35,011 nucleotides of DNA from Thraustochytrium aureum. Lineage: Eukaryota. Each line of letters opens with the position of its first letter. Within the stretch, counting starts at the first letter, position 1. Location of the stretch: NCBI GenBank assembly GCA_012862495.1, contig BLSG01000122.1:136993-172003 (forward strand), given 5' to 3'. Below are positions 29,842 through 35,011 of this stretch, in pieces. The position numbers and the translations under genes are program-made. The notes under the pieces were generated by a model that did no database searches, was not told the DNA's origin, and was given only the letters and a program-made list of their open reading frames with translations.

Positions 29842-32004
29842 ATGGAGAGGGCGTTCTCGGAATACTCGTTTGAGGAGGAGCATGTCGCCGAGTTTTTGGA
29901 GGCTGACGAGGTTGATGCAAGCAGGTCGGCGACCGAGATGGTGGCCAAGCTCGTGGTGACGCTCTCGGTGAGCGTGGCGCGAGCGTTCCTGCACGCCCCG
30001 ACGGATCGGCTGCTGGCGCGAGCTGCGGAAAGCAGCGTGCTGCCAAGCGGCCTGAAAGAGCGCGCCGCGCAGGCTGCCGAGGAGGCGCCTGACTTTGCCG
30101 CGCTCGCCGACAAGCTGATCTCGATGTCGACGCAGCTCTTGCGCGACCGCGGGCTGTCGCGGCCCGAGTTTGAGATGACGGGCGAGGCCTTTAGCGTGCT
30201 GCTGCGGCTCGCGACCCAGTTCATGGGCCCGATCCAGGGTCTGAGTTCCTCGCAGGTGTACGACTGCACCAAGGCGTACGTGATGATGCAAAAGCATGCG
30301 CGGCCGACAGGCCAGCCAAGGCTCAGCCTGAGCCGGCTGGTGAAGAGCAAGCTCGGCACGTCGCCCGTCCCGGTGGAGGACCTGCGCCGGTACACGCGGT
30401 TCACAATGGCGGCCTACGGGGCCCTCGCGATGAAATTCCTGGGCGTTCTGCCGCGAAGCGACCGCAAGGTCTGGGACAACACCCAGGCGATCGAGTACCT
30501 CACGGGGATCCCGACGCAAGACAACCTAGTGGCGGCGCGGTGGCGGGCCAACTGGGTTGGGAGCATCTACAAGCCCGGCTACTTTGTTTTGCTGGACCAC
30601 GAGCAGCGCGAGGTGATCGTGGCGGTGCGCGGGAGCTATCGGTTCCAAGACAGCCTCACCGACCTGATGTGCGAGGACACGCCTTTCTCGTTCCATTATC
30701 ACAAGACCGAGGACCTGGCCAACGCAAAGCGCGAGCTGAACGAAGTTTTCAGCTCGCTGACGGACGCGATCTCGGGCATCTCCAGCTCCGCCGAAGACCT
30801 CACGCTGGGCGAGCTCGAGACGGAGATGCGCTCGACGACGCAGCACCTGTTCGCGGGCCTGCAAGGCTTTCTGGCACGGCAGAGCAAGCTCGTGGGCGAA
30901 GAGCTCCAGGCCGCTCTCGAGGTATCGTCGGGCGAATCGAGCAGCGAGGATGAGGACGCAGAGGACGACGAGGCTGAGGCGCTCGCGCGCGAGGCTCGGC
31001 GCGCATCCCGACGCGCAGCACGGGCCGAGGCTCGCGGCGATGCGGAAGCCGCAGCAGAAGCGCGGGCAGCGGCTGATGCAGCGGCCCAGGCAAGCGCAGC
31101 TCGCCGTGCGGCCCGCGAACCGACCAAGTACGTGACCAAAAGCAAGTCGAAGGCAGACGCGGCGGGGCAGACGGGAGAGGCTGGCGTAGCGGAGGCGCCA
31201 GACGGGCACAGGCACGTCAAGGGCCGCGCGCACTTTGGGTTTCTGAAGGCAGCGCAGATACTTGCAGGCGAGCTCGAGGACGTCGTGGTTGGCGCGATGC
31301 GGGCGCACCGCGACTACAAGTTGGTCGTTGTCGGGCACAGCCTGGGCAGCGCAGTGGCGAGCATCATGACGCTGATGTGGGCCCAGCACCCGGTGTTAAA
31401 GTCTGCGAGGTGCTACGGCATCGCTCCACCAGCATCGATGAGCCTCGAGGTTGCGGAGAGCCCCATCGCTGTGGCCAAGATCACGAGCGTGGTTCTTCAT
31501 GACGATATCGTTCCGCGACTCTCGCTGGGCGCCGTGAGCGACCTGCGCAACTCGATCCACTATGTGGGGACGAGGCACGTCAAGGGCGACAAACAGGAGC
31601 GCACGGTCGTGCAGTTCGTCAACGATGTGGTCGACTCTGGCGTGGGAGAGGACAAGCTCGCGGCGACCTTTGCGCCGATCATGGCGCGAATTCGCAAGAC
31701 CGAGCACGTGCACACCAAGCTTTACCCGCCGGGCACACTCTGGCACATTCCGGCGCAAGGCGCGACGATCGAGTCGGCAGTGCGGAAGAAGAGCTCTGAT
31801 TTTGACGAGCTGATCCTCTCGCGGTCCTGCTTTGTGGAGCATGTGCCGCACTCGTATGCCTACGCGGTTTGCGACAAGCTCCCGTTGTCTGAGCAGCAGG
31901 CTCGCCTGGAGCGGCGGGCAGAGTCTAACAAGGCGGCTGCTTCAAGCACGGGCAAGCGCACGAGCTTGGCGAAGCGGCTGTCGAGCGGCAGAAAGGCCAA
32001 CTAG
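29842..32004 (+). CDS. Class 3 lipase (diacylglycerol lipase-like alpha/beta hydrolase)
   Basis: AAYG, PGYFVLLDH...VIVAVRGS...DSLTDL, AHFGFLKAA, nucleophile VVGHSLG, DDIVPRLS, LYPPG, EH..HSY; intact 720-aa ORF. Confidence 0.92.
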   Translation: MERAFSEYSFEEEHVAEFLEADEVDASRSATEMVAKLVVTLSVSVARAFLHAPTDRLLARAAESSVLPSGLKERAAQAAEEAPDFAALADKLISMSTQLLRDRGLSRPEFEMTGEAFSVLLRLATQFMGPIQGLSSSQVYDCTKAYVMMQKHARPTGQPRLSLSRLVKSKLGTSPVPVEDLRRYTRFTMAAYGALAMKFLGVLPRSDRKVWDNTQAIEYLTGIPTQDNLVAARWRANWVGSIYKPGYFVLLDHEQREVIVAVRGSYRFQDSLTDLMCEDTPFSFHYHKTEDLANAKRELNEVFSSLTDAISGISSSAEDLTLGELETEMRSTTQHLFAGLQGFLARQSKLVGEELQAALEVSSGESSSEDEDAEDDEAEALAREARRASRRAARAEARGDAEAAAEARAAADAAAQASAARRAAREPTKYVTKSKSKADAAGQTGEAGVAEAPDGHRHVKGRAHFGFLKAAQILAGELEDVVVGAMRAHRDYKLVVVGHSLGSAVASIMTLMWAQHPVLKSARCYGIAPPASMSLEVAESPIAVAKITSVVLHDDIVPRLSLGAVSDLRNSIHYVGTRHVKGDKQERTVVQFVNDVVDSGVGEDKLAATFAPIMARIRKTEHVHTKLYPPGTLWHIPAQGATIESAVRKKSSDFDELILSRSCFVEHVPHSYAYAVCDKLPLSEQQARLERRAESNKAAASSTGKRTSLAKRLSSGRKAN

Positions 32005-32572
32005 CGCGAGGTGAGTCGTCAACGCCGAGGTCGCCGCAGGAAAATAACGCAGACCAAAGACACGAGGGCTTTGGGCACGAGAGTATGGGCTTGGAAAAGC
32101 GGAAGACGGAAAACACAGCTTTGCTCTTTGGGTGCTAANNNNNNNNNNNNNNNNNNNNNNNNNNNNNNNNNNNNNNNNNNNNNNNNNNNNNNNNNNNNNN
32201 NNNNNNNNNNNNNNNNNNNNNNNNNNNNNNNNNNNNNNNNNNNNNNNNNNNNNNNNNNNNNNNNNNNNNNNNNNNNNNNGCGGACAGTTGCTTGCCAGCC
32301 AATGCCTCCAACCTAGGAGGCTGCGCCTTTCGCGTGGCTTCGAGTCGGGGAAGAGGCGGCTGAGCGCTTACGCGCCTTCAGGCGACCCCCGGACGGGGCA
32401 TGGCGAAGCGGCTGTCGAACGGCAGAATGGCCAACTAGCGCGAGGTGAATCGTCAACGCCGAGGTCGCCGCAGGAGAACAACGCAGCCCAAAGACACGAG
32501 GGCTCTGGACACGAGGGCACGGGCTCGGAAAAGCGGAAGACGGAAAACACAGCTTTGCTCTTTGGGTGATAA
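31967..32572 (+). repeat. 172-bp direct repeat pair (31967-32138 and 32401-32572) covering the lipase 3' end and downstream sequence
   Basis: Ungapped alignment by eye shows 13 mismatches in 172 bp; copy 1 is cut by the N-gap. Confidence 0.93.
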
Positions 32573-32647
32573 TTTGTACGAAGTGATTGGCCTCAGCGCA
32601 CGCAAGTGCACGCGAAAACGCGACGGGCACGCTGCCTCGCGTCGAGC

Positions 32648-34028
32648 TTACATGGCCTTGGCGTCGTCCGCGAGGAAGGCAGCCTTGCCGCCGTGCTCGG
32701 AGTCGTCGAGGCCGCTCTCCTCAACCTCGGCCGAGACGCGGAGCTGGCGGGTGACCTTGAGCGCGATGAGCACGGGCAACATGGTGACGGTAACCCAGCC
32801 AACAATGAAGGCGAGGCCGACGACCTGGGTGAGGATCTGGGTGCCACCGTTGCAGCCGGTCTTGGAGTAGGCGCTGTCGGTGTTGTTGTCCGTGGCGAAG
32901 ATACCGGCAGCGAGGAGGCCCCACATGCCAGCGAAGCCGTGCACAGCGATGGCGTCGACGGGGTCGTCGATCTTGACGACGCGCATGAGCTTGGAAGCGC
33001 CGAGGTACACGAGCGAGCCGATGGCGCCGATGAGGATGGCGTAGCCGTCGTCGACGACAGAGCACCCAGCGGTGATCGAGACGAGGCCGGCGAGGGCCGA
33101 GTTGAGGCACGAGTTGATGTCAAAGTAGCCGTAGAGGATACGCGAGACAACAATGCTAGTGCAGACCGCGGCGGCCGGGGCCAGGGTGGTGGTGACAGCA
33201 GCCTTGGAGGCGTTCATGCCGTCCCACGCGAGGGTCGAGCCGCAGTTGAATCCGTACCATCCGAACCAGAGGATGAACACACCGAGGGTCTGGAGCGAGA
33301 CGTTGTGCGGCATGAACTCCTCGTCGCCGCCCGCGGCAAAGCGGCCGAGGCGCGGGCCGATGATCAGAGCGCCCCAGAAAGCAGCGACACCGCCGGTCAT
33401 GTGGACGACGCCGGAGCCGGCAAAGTCAATGACACCGCAGCCACCGTCGTCCCCCATGAACGTGGGGAAGTCATCGCCGTTGAAAGCCGAGAGCCAGCCG
33501 CCGGTGGCCCAGATGACGTGCGAGACGACCGGGGTACACAAAGGCGGTGAGCCAGACGACGAGGAGGAAGTAGGCAGGGAGCGCGACGCGGCCGGCGACG
33601 GCCCCAGACACGATGGTGGCGGCGGTGGCCGCGAACGCGAACTGGAAGAAGTAAAAGGCGCGGCCGGAGTTCTCTACGTCGTGGTTGGCAAAGCTGCCGG
33701 TGCCGATGAACTTGTAAATGCCGGACTCGCTGTTGTCCGCGCCGTAGGCGAAGCCGTAGCCGAGGAAGAAGTAGAAGACAGCGCCGATCGCGATGGTGCC
33801 GACGTTCTTGAACATGATGTTGACCGCGTTGCGGTGGCGCACGGAGCCGGCCTCGAGCATGGTGAAGCCTGCGTGCATCCAGAAGACGAGGAAGCCCGCG
33901 ATGAGCATCCAGAGCTGGTCAGCGGCATCCTTGCCCGTCATGCCTTCCGACTTGGTGAGAAAGGTGGCATTGGCTTGCTCGATCTTGGCGAGAAGGGCGG
34001 CAATCGCCACCGGGTCCTCGGCGGCCAT
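32648..34028 (-). CDS. Ammonium transporter (Amt/Mep family); frameshift at about 33529-33534
   Basis: LVFWMHAGFTMLEAGSVR, FFQFAFAATAATIVSGAVAGR, VYP/VVSHVIW..GGWL, IDFAGSGVVHMTGG, LWFGWYGFNCGS, LAGLVSITAG, IDDPVDAIAVHG; both pore histidines present. ATG 34028, TAA 32648-32650. Confidence 0.96.
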
Positions 34029-34682
34029 GTTGGCTGGTGCTCTTTGGTTTTCTGCTTGCGCGTAGGGTCCTGCTGAAGCTGGCTGTCGTTCGGGTTTTGC
34101 CGCGCGCCCAATCTGGCCGCTTGTTGTTGTACTGCGCTCGGTGCGAAGGGAAGGAAGGAGCTCGGCGGTAAGGAGTCTCCAGATCGCTCGCGAGCTCGCA
34201 CCAGGGGCCCACCTCCTTCCTCCGGTGGTGCCCTCTCTCACTCCCTCTGTCTCTCTCTCTCGCGCGCGGTAGAGAGCCTGCAGAGGTGCAGAGGGGGCTC
34301 CTCCTGCGTGGGAGTGAGGCGGCGGGCCCTCACAACCAGCTTCCCAGCTGCGCTCGCTGACGGGCGTGCGGTCCGCTTGTCCACAGCATCAGAACATGAC
34401 AGGCGCATCCGCATCGACCGCCCACATCCCTGTCAAGCGCAACGCTGGACGTCGGCCGCCCACTGTGATCGACCGGCAGTTGCATCGTCGCGCGCCCGAC
34501 CCCGTGCTCGTCCGTCGCTTGATCGTCCTGGCGAATCGGCGTGGCATAAGTCCTCCGAGGCAAAGCGAGCGCTCCACATGACAACCAACCTCCGCAACGC
34601 CACCTCCCTGCCAACCTGCACGCCGAGGGAAAGAAAGTACGAGCAACCAGAGAGAGCTCACGGGAGCGGGACATCATCGTGG

Positions 34683-35011
34683 CAGACACACAGACGCACA
34701 GACAGACAGACTCACAGGACGAAGGACAGACAGACAGACTGTGACAGACAGACAGACCGGCCAGCAGACAGTGACAAAGTCACCGATAGCCTTGCGCACC
34801 GCAATTCGCGGGCCCATCGTCGCCTTGCGCACCCACGAAGAGCCTCCCCAACCACCCCACATGAAGGAAGGCCCCTCCCTATCTATCCCTGAGGGGGAAA
34901 AGGCCCCTTCCAGAGAGACTCTGAGAGGGGCAGACGCTGGCAGAGGGACTGAGAGAGGCAGAGAGAGACTGAGAGGGGGAAGCCTGAGAGGGGCAGAGAC
35001 TGAGAGGGGGA
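34683..35011 (+). repeat. Degenerate (CAGA/GACA)n followed by GA-rich low-complexity repeats (GAGACTGAGAGGGG-like units)
   Basis: cagacagacag runs at 34683-34775; purine-rich gagagact/gagagggg units at 34890-35011. Confidence 0.8.

Noticed and set aside
29337..29873. PolyQ-containing ORF upstream of the lipase
   Set aside because: The polyQ derives from the CAG microsatellite, the rest has no recognisable features, and it overlaps the lipase start out of frame.
12789..32004. Lipid or secondary-metabolite gene cluster (GPAT, MATE, lipase)
   Set aside because: Genes are interspersed with unrelated housekeeping genes and no PKS, NRPS or other core synthase is present.
32008..32016. GAG|GTGAGT splice-donor-like site just after the lipase stop
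   Set aside because: No acceptor can be assigned because of the gap, and the duplicate copy has GTGAAT; unsupported without transcripts.
2404..33550. Many long antisense or alternative-frame ORFs (e.g. 2404-3351, 7398-8792, 7784-8950, 10619-11989, 12867-14273, 27613-28566, 32606-33550)
   Set aside because: They mirror recognisable genes; high GC3 codon bias suppresses stops on the opposite strand, and the products show no family motifs.

Overview
GC-rich, gene-dense, almost intron-free eukaryotic DNA from a gapped draft assembly (nine N-gaps). The gene content and style suggest a stramenopile protist, probably a thraustochytrid/labyrinthulomycete (inference). Thirteen protein-coding genes are supportable: GTPBP1/2-like translational GTPase (-), COG1-like Golgi tether (-), K+-independent H+-pyrophosphatase (+), tandem-BRCT/F-box-like/atypical kinase (+), GPAT9-like acyltransferase (-), MATE transporter (+), p25alpha/TPPP-like repeat protein (-), PSMD9/Nas2 (+), capping protein alpha (-), acylaminoacyl peptidase (+), DNAJC9-like J-protein with a Tudor domain and one intron (-), class 3 lipase (+) and an Amt ammonium transporter (-). 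Five genes carry frameshifts that are probably sequencing errors. Most interesting: (1) the kinase lacks the beta3 catalytic Lys but has a Lys at the WNK position of the Gly-rich loop, behind MCPH1-like BRCTs and an F-box-like motif; (2) a DNAJC9-like histone chaperone with an inserted Tudor domain; (3) a cluster of ATAGAGGG palindromes between divergent genes. All family calls come from motif recognition by eye; no searches were run.
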